Below are positions 1 through 10,075 of a DNA stretch of 64,000 bases, piece after piece. The translations under genes and the position numbers were made by a program. Origin of the DNA: Candidatus Methanomethylophilaceae archaeon. GTDB lineage: Archaea > Thermoplasmatota > Thermoplasmata > Methanomassiliicoccales > Methanomethylophilaceae. The notes below the pieces were generated by a model that saw only the letters and a program-made list of their open reading frames with translations, did not search any database and was not told the DNA's origin. The stretch's first letter is position 1. Every line of letters starts with the position of its first letter. The stretch is taken from NCBI GenBank assembly GCA_944320495.1, contig CALUHR010000001.1, forward strand, positions 21,697-85,696, given 5' to 3'.

Positions 1-531
1 AAGCCCTCCGCCGACGGCTACCACGCGGAGATAGCGGCGAAGCTGGCGCCGCTTATGGAGCCCAACATGCCGCTGGTGCTCCTCGGCCCCGGGTTCGAGA
101 AGGAGACCCTCTCGGAGGACCTGAAGAAGGCGGATCCGTCCGCGTTCGGCAGGATGTACGTCTACCACACCGGTCAGTGCGGGATGGCGGGGATCAACGA
201 GCTCCTCAAGGGGGGCATGGGCGCCGACGTCCTCAGGGACTCCGCGGTCGGAACGGAGATCGAGGCCGTGGAGAGGCTGATGGCCGAGATATCCAAACCC
301 AACGGCCTGGGGACCTACGGGACCCAGGAGGTGATGGACGCCGCCATGGCCGGAGCGGTCGACACGCTGCTGGTGCTCGACTCCAAGGTCCGCGAGCAGG
401 ACATGGACGACGTGGTCCGCGCCGTGGAGTCCCAGAAGGGCAGCGTCATCGTGGTCTCGGGGCAGCACGACGGCGGTCGCGCCCTCGCATCCCTGGGGGG
501 CATGGGAGCCATCCTCAGGTACCGTCTCCGA
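1..531 (+). CDS. pelA: Pelota/Dom34 mRNA surveillance (ribosome rescue) protein, 5'-truncated; ends at CGA 529-531
   Basis: eRF1 domain 2/3-like motifs (LVLLGPGFEK, GTQEV..A..GAVDTLLVLD, GGMGAILRY). The family C-terminus coincides with in-frame CGA, followed by TATA-like AT-rich sequence. Confidence 0.9.
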
Positions 532-544
532 CGTCTCGCCGAGC

Positions 545-565
545 TTATATATCGCGCATTTATAT
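545..565 (+). promoter_or_regulatory. Archaeal TATA-like boxes (TTATATA, TTTATAT) upstream of the AksA/LeuA-like gene
   Basis: AT-rich island in GC-rich DNA lying inside the apparent pelota-AksA read-through linker. Confidence 0.6.
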
Positions 566-621
566 GGCGGGTCAGCGAAGGCCGTGCCAATGCGGGCATG
601 GACCATTCGGATGGGATGCAT

Positions 622-1806
622 ATGAAGACCAAGAGCGAGGTAGTAGAACGTCTGAACGCCCCCCTCTGCATCTGCGACTCCACCCTCGGAGCCGGAGAGC
701 AGGCCGCCGGTGTGGTGTTCTCGAACATCGAGAAATACAGGATCGCGCAGCACCTGGACAACGCCGGCGTCCCCCAGCTGGAGGTCGGGAACCCGATGGT
801 GGGTACCGAGGAGAAGACCGCCGTGAAGCACATCGCCCACATGGGGCTCAGTGCATCCGTCATGTCCACCAACAGGGCGGACATCGCGGACATCAACGCC
901 AGCATCGAGTGCGACGTGGACGCCGTCTCCATCTCGCTCCCCACCTCCCAGCTCCAGATGGCCGAGATCCTCGGCAAGGACTCCAACTGGGTGCTCGACA
1001 AGGTCTTCGAGGCCGCTTCGTACGCCGCGCAGCACGGCCTCTACATCTGCTGTGTCGCGGAGGACGCCTCCAGGGCCGACCTCGGTTTCCTCATAGAATA
1101 CGCCAAGGCCGCCAAGGACGCCGGCGCCGACAGGTTCGGCTACGCGGACAGCATAGGCGTCGAGGATCCCTTCACCTGCAACGAGCGCATCAGGATGCTC
1201 AAGCAGATCTCCGGAATGGACGTGGAGATCATCACCCGCAACGACTTCGGCATGGCCACCGCGAACACCGTCGCCGCCGTCAAGGCAGGGGCCAGGTTCG
1301 CCAGGGTCACCGCGATGGGAATCGGCCCCAGGGCCGGATGTGCCCCGCTGGAGGAGGTCGTCATGGCCTCCAAGCACGTCCTCGGAATGGACACCGGCGT
1401 GGACACCGCCAAGCTCCGCCCAGTCGCCGAGTCCGTGTCCGTAGCCTCAGGCATCTCCATCTGGCCCAGCAAGCCCATCATAGGATCCAAGTGCTTCGCC
1501 CAGGAGACCGGGTTCGTCAACAACCCCGCCGTCACGGAGCCCTACGACCCCGCAGAGGTCGGAACCGAGAGGTCCCTGGTCATCGGAAAGCACTCCGTCA
1601 GGAATACCATCGTCGCCGCCATGAGCGACATGGGCATCGAGATCAGCAGGAACGATGCGGAGAACCTCCTCGTCCTCGTGAGGAAGGCCTCCTCCCAGAT
1701 GCACCGCTGCCTCAACCAGAGCGAGCTGTTCCTGCTCTACGAGGATATGATGTCCGGCAACAACACCTTCGACGACGTCCCCGTCCAGGACGCATCAGTC
1801 CAGTGA
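622..1806 (+). CDS. Homocitrate/isopropylmalate synthase (DRE-TIM, AksA/NifV/LeuA)-like protein with degenerate active site
   Basis: DSTLGAGEQ, AEDASRAD, NDFGMATAN and IGKHS motifs align with the family. Start could also be 598 or 616. Confidence 0.8.
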   Translation: MKTKSEVVERLNAPLCICDSTLGAGEQAAGVVFSNIEKYRIAQHLDNAGVPQLEVGNPMVGTEEKTAVKHIAHMGLSASVMSTNRADIADINASIECDVDAVSISLPTSQLQMAEILGKDSNWVLDKVFEAASYAAQHGLYICCVAEDASRADLGFLIEYAKAAKDAGADRFGYADSIGVEDPFTCNERIRMLKQISGMDVEIITRNDFGMATANTVAAVKAGARFARVTAMGIGPRAGCAPLEEVVMASKHVLGMDTGVDTAKLRPVAESVSVASGISIWPSKPIIGSKCFAQETGFVNNPAVTEPYDPAEVGTERSLVIGKHSVRNTIVAAMSDMGIEISRNDAENLLVLVRKASSQMHRCLNQSELFLLYEDMMSGNNTFDDVPVQDASVQ

Positions 1807-1812
1807 AACCTC

Positions 1813-1832
1813 TCCGGCCCTCCGGGGCCGGA
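1813..1832 (+). terminator. GC hairpin TCCGGCCC-TCCG-GGGCCGGA after the AksA-like gene
   Basis: Perfect 8-bp stem just after TGA. Confidence 0.55.
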
Positions 1833-1918
1833 ATTATGCTATTCCTCATGTTCTAAGGTATTAATATCTAATCAGATACCATCAACAATATAAACCGAAC
1901 CCGAAGGTCTGGCGGTCC

Positions 1919-2299
1919 ATGACCATCCTGAGGGTAAGCGAACTTATCGAATGCAAGCACATGACGAGCATACTCGCCTGTCTGTACATGCGCGGATCCA
2001 TGGGCAAGAGCGAGATCTACGACACGATCTCCAACAGCCCCAACATGGCACTGAAGCTCCGCATCCTCTCCGATGAGGGGCTGGTGGAGTCGAACCAGGT
2101 GGGGAGGCGCACCGAGTACAGTCTGACCGAGAAGGGGAGCTCCGTCGCGGAGAAGCTCTGCGGGCTGGAGGAGCTCGTCTACGGGAGGGTCGGGGACCTG
2201 AACCACCTGGAGGAGGGGACAATCCATCTGGACGGGGACGTCCCCGACGAGACCCGCGACTGGTTCGAGGACCGCAGGAGGGGCTGTTGTCCCCTGCGA
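1919..2299 (+). CDS. Winged-helix (HxlR/ArsR-like) transcriptional regulator; ends at CGA 2297-2299
   Basis: wHTH pattern (KLRILSDEGLVE...RTEYSLTEKG). CGA directly abuts the TGA of convergent paaK (2300-2302); otherwise the ORF runs 960 nt antisense into paaK. Confidence 0.8.
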
Positions 2300-3601
2300 T
2301 CACTCGTAGCTCCTGTTGTCGGTGACGTGGTTCGCCTTGCCCTCGAACCTCTCCAGGGTCCCGGGCAGCTCGAGCCTGACGTCCGCCTTGATGTTGAGGA
2401 CGCTCTTCAGACGGGCCGAGAGGGTCTTGGACATCTCGGCCAGCTTGTTCATGTCCTCGGTGAGGTACTCCTCGTTGAGCTCGACCCTGACGGTCATGGC
2501 GTCCATGTAGTTGGCGTTCTCCAGGGTGATGTGGTAGAACGGGGAGAGGAACGGCAGCTCGCCGATGACGCTCTCGATCTGGGACGGGAACACGTTGACC
2601 CCGCGGACCACGAGCATGTCGTCGGTCCTTCCCGAGATCCTCGAGAGACGAGGGTGGGTCCTGCCGCAGGCGCACTTCTCCCAGGTGATCGAGGAGATGT
2701 CCCCCATTCTGTAACGGATCAGGGGGAACGCCTCCTTCTGGAGCATGGTGACGACGATCTGTCCCTTCTCGCCCTCGGCGCAGGGCTCGTCGTTCTCGTC
2801 GAGGATCTCGACGTAGGCCAGGTCGGCCCAGACGTGGATGCCCTGCTGCTCGGAGCATTCGAGGAACATGGGTCCGGACATCTCGCTGGCCCCGTAGCAG
2901 TTGTGGACGCGGACGCCGGTCCTGTCCTGGAGCTTCCTCCTCATGCTCTCGGACCAGGGCTCGCCGCCGGCGATGGCCAGCTTGACCTTGGTGTCCCTGC
3001 GGATGTCGACGCCGATCTTGTCGCAGACGTCGGCGATGTGGAACATGTAGGAGGGCGTCCCGGCCCAGGCGGTCACGGGGAGGTCCTGCATGAGCTGGAT
3101 CTGCCTCTCGGTGTTCCCGGTGCTTATGGGCAGGACGGTGGCGCCGATCCTCTCCGCACCGTAGTGGACCCCGAGCCCTCCGGTGAAGAGGCCGTATCCG
3201 TGGAAGTTCTGGAGCATGTCCTTCTTGGTCATGCCGAAGGAGGTCATGCCCCTGGCTAGGGACTCGGTCCAGTTGTCCAGGTCCTTCTGTGTGTATCCGA
3301 CGACGGTCGGTCTGCCGGTGGTGCCAGACGAGACGTGGATCCTGGTGATGTCGTCGTAGGGGACGGTGAACAGCTTGTCCGGGTAGTTGTCCCTCAGGTC
3401 GGACTTGCGCATGAACGGGACCTTGCGGAAGGCCTCGAAGCTGTCGATGTCCTCGGGGAGTACGCCGGCCTCGCGCATCCTGTCGTGGAAGAACGGGGAC
3501 TTGTCATACATCTCGCGCACCTTGGCCTTGAGCAGGCTGAGCTGGAGCTTCTCCAGTTCCTCGCGCGGCATAGTCTCGATCCTCTCGTTCCAGAACGCCA
3601 T
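2300..3601 (-). CDS. paaK: Phenylacetate-CoA ligase (copy 1)
   Basis: SSGTTGRPT AMP-binding loop, YGLFTGGLG, YGASE, GRTDDML..RGVNVFPSQIE. Confidence 0.92.
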   Translation of the reverse strand: MAFWNERIETMPREELEKLQLSLLKAKVREMYDKSPFFHDRMREAGVLPEDIDSFEAFRKVPFMRKSDLRDNYPDKLFTVPYDDITRIHVSSGTTGRPTVVGYTQKDLDNWTESLARGMTSFGMTKKDMLQNFHGYGLFTGGLGVHYGAERIGATVLPISTGNTERQIQLMQDLPVTAWAGTPSYMFHIADVCDKIGVDIRRDTKVKLAIAGGEPWSESMRRKLQDRTGVRVHNCYGASEMSGPMFLECSEQQGIHVWADLAYVEILDENDEPCAEGEKGQIVVTMLQKEAFPLIRYRMGDISSITWEKCACGRTHPRLSRISGRTDDMLVVRGVNVFPSQIESVIGELPFLSPFYHITLENANYMDAMTVRVELNEEYLTEDMNKLAEMSKTLSARLKSVLNIKADVRLELPGTLERFEGKANHVTDNRSYE

Positions 3602-3717
3602 TTCCGTACCCTCTGCTATGTGCTATCATCTAGCACGGTTGGTCGCAGTTATGCATGCCCGTATATAAGGAGTGCGATGAGAAAGGAAATACTCCCCAGG
3701 AGGGGAGGAAGTGTTTT

Positions 3718-4680
3718 TCACTCGAGGGTGGCGGAGCCCGCGACGCGGAGCTTCCCGCCCTCGAGGTACATGATTGTGGCCTTGTCACCGGGCCTGTGGA
3801 TGATGTCCGACTCGAGCTCGAGGACGACGGAGGCGGACCTGAAGTCGCCGTCGCCGTCGACGGAGGCCACCCTGCAGGGGACCATCTGCATCCAGTGGCC
3901 GATGTGGAGCACCATGCCCTCCTTCAGGGGGCTGGGCCAGTACTTGACGAGGGAGATCTTGCCCTCGATCTTCCTAGACATCTTCACGGACGGGTCGGTA
4001 GTGACGACGAATCCCCTGTCGAGCTCGTCGGACTCGATGCCACGGAGGGCTAGTCCGACGTGGTCGCCCTTGACACCGAAGTCCGCGTCGAGGTCGTGCT
4101 TCTGGATGGACTTGAGGGTGACTTCGCGCCTGATCGGGAACACGGTCATCTTGTCGTGCTTCCTGAACCATCCGTCGATGACGGATCCGAGGACCACGGT
4201 GCCGACGCCGCGAACGTTGAAGTGGCTGTCCACGGGGCACGAGCCGCAGGTCCCGTCGCTGGGCTGCCTGCCGTCCGCCTTCGCCATGGCGATGAGCTCC
4301 TCGCGCAGCTTGATGGGGTCCTCGTCCCTGAACTCGTAGTTCTCCAGGCAGGTGCCCGCCAGCAGGGGCTTGAGCTGCTCCGGCTGGATGTAGTTGCGGA
4401 GGACGATCCATCCCTTGTCGATGCCGAGGCTGTCCGTCATGACGATGGTCTCGCCCAGGAAGGAGTCGATGCTGTCCACGACGAGGATGGCGAACTCGGA
4501 CATCGCCACCGAGTAGAACAGGGACGAGAGCTTCTCGGGGTACTTGGAGGGCTCGATCAGGGTGAAGGAGTCGGTCCCGGACTTGTAGTCGTAGAAGGTC
4601 ATGTCGGTGACGGTTCCCTTCTTTCCGACCTCGCCGGCGAGGCCCTTGGCGCCGATGACGGCCACGTTCAGGTTGCCCAT
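3718..4680 (-). CDS. SelB-like / EF-Tu domain II-III translation-factor paralog with degenerate G domain
   Basis: DSHFNVRGVGTVVLG, KSIQKHD and GDHVGLALRG (EF-Tu domain II). No canonical GxxxxGK(S/T). Confidence 0.75.
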   Translation of the reverse strand: MGNLNVAVIGAKGLAGEVGKKGTVTDMTFYDYKSGTDSFTLIEPSKYPEKLSSLFYSVAMSEFAILVVDSIDSFLGETIVMTDSLGIDKGWIVLRNYIQPEQLKPLLAGTCLENYEFRDEDPIKLREELIAMAKADGRQPSDGTCGSCPVDSHFNVRGVGTVVLGSVIDGWFRKHDKMTVFPIRREVTLKSIQKHDLDADFGVKGDHVGLALRGIESDELDRGFVVTTDPSVKMSRKIEGKISLVKYWPSPLKEGMVLHIGHWMQMVPCRVASVDGDGDFRSASVVLELESDIIHRPGDKATIMYLEGGKLRVAGSATLE

Positions 4681-4682
4681 GT

Positions 4683-5111
4683 TCAGATCTCCGCGTCGTC
4701 GAGGAGTCTGATGCCCGCCTTCTCGAGGATGTCGACGGCCTTCTCGGTGTCGTCGACGCGAACGAAGAGCACGCTGTCGCTCACTCCGGTGTAGAAGTAG
4801 CCGTACTCGATGTTGACGCCGGCGTTGCCGAGTACGTCGGCGGCCTCGAAGAAGGAGTCCGCCGCGTCGGTGACCGCGATGGCGATGATGTCCGTCTTGC
4901 GGATGATGATGCCCTTCTCCCTCAGCTTCTCGAAGGAGTCGTCGGGGTTCTCGACGATGGCCCTCAGGATGCCGAACTCGGCGGATTCCGCGAGGTTGAA
5001 CGCCCTCACCCTGATGCCCACGGACTTGATTATCTTGCAGACGTTGGCCAGACGGCCAGGCTCGTTGTTCACGAAAATCGAAAGCTGGGTAATGATCTTG
5101 CTCTCATCCAT
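4683..5111 (-). CDS. ACT-domain amino-acid-binding regulatory protein
   Basis: QLSIFVNNEPGRL...AESAEFGILR, tandem ACT folds, typical paaK neighbour. Confidence 0.88.
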   Translation of the reverse strand: MDESKIITQLSIFVNNEPGRLANVCKIIKSVGIRVRAFNLAESAEFGILRAIVENPDDSFEKLREKGIIIRKTDIIAIAVTDAADSFFEAADVLGNAGVNIEYGYFYTGVSDSVLFVRVDDTEKAVDILEKAGIRLLDDAEI

Positions 5112-6410
5112 TCAAATCACCCTTGTGTCGACGACCCTCTTGGCCTTGCCCTCGAACCTCGGCAGCTCGCCGGGAGCCTTGAGTTCCACCTTGGCATAGA
5201 TGTTCAGGTACTTCTTCAGCTCGGCCTCGATCTTCGCCCTGAGCTGGGCCATCTGGGCCATGTTGTCGCTGAAGGCCTCCGGACGGATCTCGACCTGGAC
5301 GGTCATCTCGTCCAGGGCACCCTCTCTGGAGACGTAGATCATGTACTGCTGACCGACCTCGGGGATGCGCATGAGCGTGTACTCGATCTGGGACGGGAAC
5401 ACGTTGATTCCGCGGACGATGAGCATGTCGTCGGACCTTCCGGAGATCCTCCCGATGCGGGGGGACGTGCGTCCGCAGGCGCACTCGTCCTCCATGAGGT
5501 AGGAGATGTCGCGGATCCTGTAGCGGATCATGGGCATGGCCTCCTTCTGGAGCATGGTGACGACCATCTCTCCCTTGTCGCCGTTCTCGACGGGTTCCCC
5601 GGAGTCGGGGTCGACGATCTCGACGAGCATGATGTCGCCGGCGACGTGGATCCCGTTCCTCTCGGTGCACTCGGTGAACATGGGTCCGGCCTGCTCGGAG
5701 GTGCCGTAGATGTCGTAGGCCTCGATGCCCATCTCGTCATGGATGAACTTGCGCATGCTCTCGGACCAGGGCTCGGCTCCGAGCAGTCCCTTGCGGAGCT
5801 TGGTGTCGTTCTTGATGCTGACGCCCATGGAGTTGGCGACGTCGTTGAGGTGGATCAGGTAGGACGGGGTGCACGCGATGGCGGTGACGCCGAGGTCCTG
5901 GATGAGCTCTACCTGCCTCTGGGTGTTACCGGTGCTGGAGGGCAGGACGGTCGCCCCGACCTTCTCGCCGCCGTAGTGGGCGCCGAGACCGCCGGTGAAC
6001 AGGCCGTAGCCGTAGGAGACCTGGAGGACGTCCCCAGGTCCGATGCCGACGGAGGTCATGGAGCGGGCGAGGGCCTCGGTCCAGTAGTCCAGGTCGTTCT
6101 GGGTGTATCCGACCAGCGTGGGCTTCCCGGTGGTCCCTGAGGAGACGTGGTACCTCACGATCTCGTTCTTCGGGACGGTGAAGAGCTTGTCCGGGTAGTT
6201 GTCGCGCAGGTCCTGCTTGTACATGAACGGGAGCTTGCGGATGTCCGCCAGACAGGTGATGTCGTCGGGGTGGACCTTGTTCTCGACCATGCGGTCGTGG
6301 TAGAACTTGTTGAAGGAATAGAGGTTGTATACCAGCTGTTTGAGCTCGCGGTACTGAAGCTTCTTGAGCTCCTCCACGGGCATGCATTCGATTCTGGGGT
6401 TCCAGTACAT
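5112..6410 (-). CDS. paaK: Phenylacetate-CoA ligase (copy 2)
   Basis: SSGTTGKPT, YGYGLFTGG, YGTSE, GRSDDML. Confidence 0.92.
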   Translation of the reverse strand: MYWNPRIECMPVEELKKLQYRELKQLVYNLYSFNKFYHDRMVENKVHPDDITCLADIRKLPFMYKQDLRDNYPDKLFTVPKNEIVRYHVSSGTTGKPTLVGYTQNDLDYWTEALARSMTSVGIGPGDVLQVSYGYGLFTGGLGAHYGGEKVGATVLPSSTGNTQRQVELIQDLGVTAIACTPSYLIHLNDVANSMGVSIKNDTKLRKGLLGAEPWSESMRKFIHDEMGIEAYDIYGTSEQAGPMFTECTERNGIHVAGDIMLVEIVDPDSGEPVENGDKGEMVVTMLQKEAMPMIRYRIRDISYLMEDECACGRTSPRIGRISGRSDDMLIVRGINVFPSQIEYTLMRIPEVGQQYMIYVSREGALDEMTVQVEIRPEAFSDNMAQMAQLRAKIEAELKKYLNIYAKVELKAPGELPRFEGKAKRVVDTRVI

Positions 6411-6482
6411 GTTCGCCCTCTGGGATTATACGGGCTCGATGCGCAGACACTACTAAAAAGATACTATCGCGATGGAGGGTGC

Positions 6483-7061
6483 ATGGGACAGCAGGACGTC
6501 TGGGACTCGTTCTACCGCTCCAACGGCCGGGCGTGGAGGGGCAACTGCAGGATGCCGGACCCGCTGGGAGGCGGGGGCGACGCCCTCGACCTGGGGTGCG
6601 GGAGCGGCAAGAGCGTGTCCACGCTGATCGACATGGGCTACAGGGCGGTCGGCCTCGACTTCTCGGATGAGGCCGTGTCCATGTGCAGGGAGAGGTTCGG
6701 CGGGGCGGCGGAGTTCGTCTCCGGCGATGTGCTGGCACTGCCGTTCGATGACGGTTCCTTCGACTATGTGACGGCTGTCCATGTGCTCGAGCACCTGACC
6801 GACGAGGCTCTCCGTACGGCTGCGGGGGAGATCGCGAGGGTCCTGCGCCCGGGCGGATACGCCTTCGTCAGGGACTTCGCCCCGGGGGACCTGAGATCGG
6901 AATCCAGGGAGGGGTCCGACATCAGGTACATTCACCGCACCCCCGAGGAGCTGGTCTCAGCGTTCGGGGACGTGGAGGTCGTGTCGGCTGGTGTCGTGGA
7001 GGAGAAGACGCGGTTCGGGGCGGTCCGCCGCCGTTCCGAGGTCCTCCTGAGACGCAGGCGA
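6483..7061 (+). CDS. Class I SAM-dependent methyltransferase; ends at CGA 7059-7061
   Basis: LDLGCGSG motif I, VGLDFS, LPFDDGSFD, RVLRPGG. First CGA is at the fold end, followed by TATA-like CTATATG and the next ATG. Confidence 0.85.
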
Positions 7062-7112
7062 TGCTTCCCCGGTCATCGAAGCCTATATGTTGTCGGGCCC
7101 AATCGGCCGTTT

Positions 7113-7469
7113 ATGAAGTGCCCCCGTTGTGGTCACGAGAATCCGGATGAGGTCCTCTTCTGCGAGGAGTGCGACTGGAGGGTCGACGTCCCTTACATAC
7201 CGGAGAAGAAGCGCAATCCAGTGCATTTCGCAGGCGCGACGATCGTCCTGGGACTCATCGCCGCGGTGTGCGCGTTCATGAGCGGAACCGAGCTCGTGGC
7301 ACTGGCCGTCGGAGCCATCGCCCTCATCCTGGGAGGATACTCCATGGGCGTCGCCAGACTAGTCGAGACCGACAAGACCCAGCTGTGCCTCGCCATCTCA
7401 GGTGTCGGTATGATCCTCGGGGTCCTCGGATTCCTCATCGGCTTCGCGTCCTTCGTGGGAGCGATGTGA
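7113..7469 (+). CDS. Zinc-ribbon plus three-TM membrane protein
   Basis: MKCPRCG..N...FCEEC followed by hydrophobic helices. ATG about 24 nt after the TATA-like element. Confidence 0.8.
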   Translation: MKCPRCGHENPDEVLFCEECDWRVDVPYIPEKKRNPVHFAGATIVLGLIAAVCAFMSGTELVALAVGAIALILGGYSMGVARLVETDKTQLCLAISGVGMILGVLGFLIGFASFVGAM

Positions 7470-7990
7470 TGGCAGTCTACCGCGGGAAGTACATACTCGA
7501 GGGTCTCGGAAGCATAAGCCCCGAGATGGAGCACAACCTCGACATCGCCTACGACATCTGCATGTCCTACAAGGGGGACTTCCCCTGCGAGATGTGCGGG
7601 AGGTGCTGCCACCAGCCCCACATAGTCGTGAGGCCGGAGGAGATCGACCGCGTCTCCACGGCCGCGGGCATCCCCCTTCCCGTCTTCATGACCGAGTACC
7701 TGGTACGCATGCCGGACGGAAGGTTCCTGTTCAGGAAGACCGATCCGTGCGCGTTCCTAGGGAAGGACAACAGGTGCACCATCTGGAAGGACCGTCCTCA
7801 GATCTGCGACGACTTCCCCTACGCGGTCTCGATGTTCATGAGCCGCGTGTATCTCGCGCTCACGAATCCTGACGCGGACATCATGTCCCTCATATCCTAC
7901 ATGGATGACGAGTGGCCGTGCACTCGCGTCATCAAGGCGGACATAGCCTCCAAGATAGAGGCGGCCCGCAAGGACGTCGTCGTCCAGCGA
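7469..7990 (+). CDS. YkgJ-family CxxCxxCC (Zn/Fe-chelating) protein; ends at CGA 7988-7990
   Basis: CEMCGRCC, CAFL...CTIW.DRPQIC..FP. TGATG overlap with the upstream gene. Confidence 0.82.
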
Positions 7991-8765
7991 TCGGGTGCTC
8001 CGAGAAGAAGCCGAGCAGCTCGTCCGCGTACGCGTCGAACGGTATGCCATGGCCCTGTCCCTCCAGGATGATCATCCTGCTGTCGGGGATGCGATCCGCC
8101 ACCTTGATCCCCTGCTCGCAGGGGACCATGATGTCCTCGTCGCCGTGGATGAGCAGTGTCGGTGCGGTTATTCCGAGGTCCGGCTCGCCGGAATCGTTGT
8201 CGCCGATGGCGTCCAGCTGCAGGAGGAGACCGTGCGGGTCCAGGGGCTCACGCGGCAACGGTGCGTCCCTCCCCTCGGCCTCGAACCTCCTGAACGTGGA
8301 CTCGGTCAGGCAGAACGCGTTTATCGACCTGAACAGGCACTCCATAGGGGCCCTCCCGTCCAGGACCATGCCGATCATCCCCCTCAGGACGTAATCCGAT
8401 CTGGCCGGTCTCTGGAGATAGGTCCCCACGAGGGTCAGGTCGGCGACCCTGTCGGGATGCCTGCAGGCGAGCTTTCTCGCTATGTGGGATCCCATGGACC
8501 AACCCACCACATGCGCCTTCCCGATCCCGAGTTCGTCCATGACGGCGACGGCGTCGTCCGCCATGTCGGCCATCGAGAAGGGTCCGTCGTACACGGTGTC
8601 GCCCACCCCGCGATTGTCCATCGTCACGCAGAGGCACCCATCGAGCAGAGGAGGTATCCTCCTCCAGTAGGAACCGGCGGCTCCGAACCCGGCCAGTAGG
8701 ATGACGGGCTCCCCGTCACCGGAGGTCTCGTAGCATATCCTGGCCCCGACGGATTCGGCGAACAT
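7980..8765 (-). CDS. Alpha/beta hydrolase; ends at CGA 7980-7982 (second CGA at 7977-7979)
   Basis: DNRGVG, GWSMG nucleophile elbow, IHGDED, GQGHG catalytic His near the C-terminus. Confidence 0.85.
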
Positions 8766-8836
8766 GAAGCCGTCATGTCCGCATCCGCCTTAAACCAACG
8801 CGTAGCATAATTATCGTGGTAGGCGATTCCGCGTGC

Positions 8837-10075
8837 ATGTCCGAGTCCAAGAAGAGGATCCTTCTGATGGTCCTCGACGGTGCCGGTGACCGCGCCTGTC
8901 CCGAACTCAGGGGTCTCACCCCGTTGCAGCACGTCAGGACGCCGAACCTGGACTGGTTCGTCGAGCACGGGATCGCCGGGCTCTGCGATCCCATATCGCC
9001 CGGGGTGCGCGCCGGCAGCGACACCGCCCATCTCTCCATCCTGGGGTATGACGCCCGGGCCGTGTACACCGGCAGGGGTCCTTTCGAGGCCATCGGGGCG
9101 GGTGTGGACATACAGCCCGGCGATGTGGCGTTCAGATGTAACTTCGCCACCGTCAACAGCGACATGGAGATCCTGGACCGCAGGGCAGGCAGGATAAGGG
9201 AGCCTGAGACGGAACAGCTCGCCGAGGCGCTGGACGGCATAGAGATAGACGGGATCGAGTGCTCGGTCCACGCCGGAACGGAGCACAGGGCGGTGCTCGT
9301 CCTGAGGGGGGACGGGCTTTCGCCCGATGTCACGGACTGCGATCCGGGGGAGGACTCCCATCTGCTCAGGTGTGAGCCGCTCACCGAGGAGGCGCAACTC
9401 ACCGCGGACGTCGTCAACGGATTCCTGGACGAGGCCTACGAGAGGCTAAGGTCTCACACCGTCAACAGGAAGAGGTCCGCCGCCGGCCTCCCTCCGGCCA
9501 ACATTCTGGTCCCCCGTGGGGCTGGCGGATATCCCGACATCGAGTCGTTCCAGGAGAAGTACGGCATCAGCGCAACCTGCGTTGCCGGTGTCGGTCTCGT
9601 CAAGGGCATATGCAAGGTCTGCGGACTGGACGTCTATCCGCTCCCGCCAGTCTGCGACGGGGGCATGGACTCTGATCTCATCATGAAGATGGAGGGAGTC
9701 CTCGAAGCTCTCGAGGAGTACGATTTCGTCCTGATGAACATCAAGGCCCCGGACGTGGCGGGGCATGACGGCGACGCCAAGGCGAAGAGCGAGGTCATCA
9801 AGCGTATAGACGCGGCGGTGGGATTCTTCCGTTCCAGGATGCCTGAGGACCTGGTCGTCGTGATTACCTGCGACCACTGCACCCCGTGCTCGCTCCAGGA
9901 CCATAGTGGCGATCCGGTGCCCATAGCGTTCTACACCCAGGGCATGATCTGGGACGATGCCGGGGAGTTCAGCGAGACCGGATGCTCCAGGGGCATGGTC
10001 GGGAGGATCAGGGCGACAGACATCATCCCGATCTGCATGGACCTGGCAAACCGCACGTCGAAGTTCGGATCGTGA
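8837..10075 (+). CDS. apgM: 2,3-bisphosphoglycerate-independent phosphoglycerate mutase (archaeal type)
   Basis: LDGAGD, TPLQ..TPNLD, GSDTAHL, PDVAGHDG, TCDHCTP, HSGDPVP. Confidence 0.92.
   Translation: MSESKKRILLMVLDGAGDRACPELRGLTPLQHVRTPNLDWFVEHGIAGLCDPISPGVRAGSDTAHLSILGYDARAVYTGRGPFEAIGAGVDIQPGDVAFRCNFATVNSDMEILDRRAGRIREPETEQLAEALDGIEIDGIECSVHAGTEHRAVLVLRGDGLSPDVTDCDPGEDSHLLRCEPLTEEAQLTADVVNGFLDEAYERLRSHTVNRKRSAAGLPPANILVPRGAGGYPDIESFQEKYGISATCVAGVGLVKGICKVCGLDVYPLPPVCDGGMDSDLIMKMEGVLEALEEYDFVLMNIKAPDVAGHDGDAKAKSEVIKRIDAAVGFFRSRMPEDLVVVITCDHCTPCSLQDHSGDPVPIAFYTQGMIWDDAGEFSETGCSRGMVGRIRATDIIPICMDLANRTSKFGS

Noticed and set aside
55-1806. Pelota-AksA fusion (and the MTase-Zn-ribbon fusion at 6483-7469) as real chimeric proteins
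   Set aside because: Each linker starts at a CGA at the family C-terminus and contains a TATA-like box before the second ATG; better explained by CGA termination.
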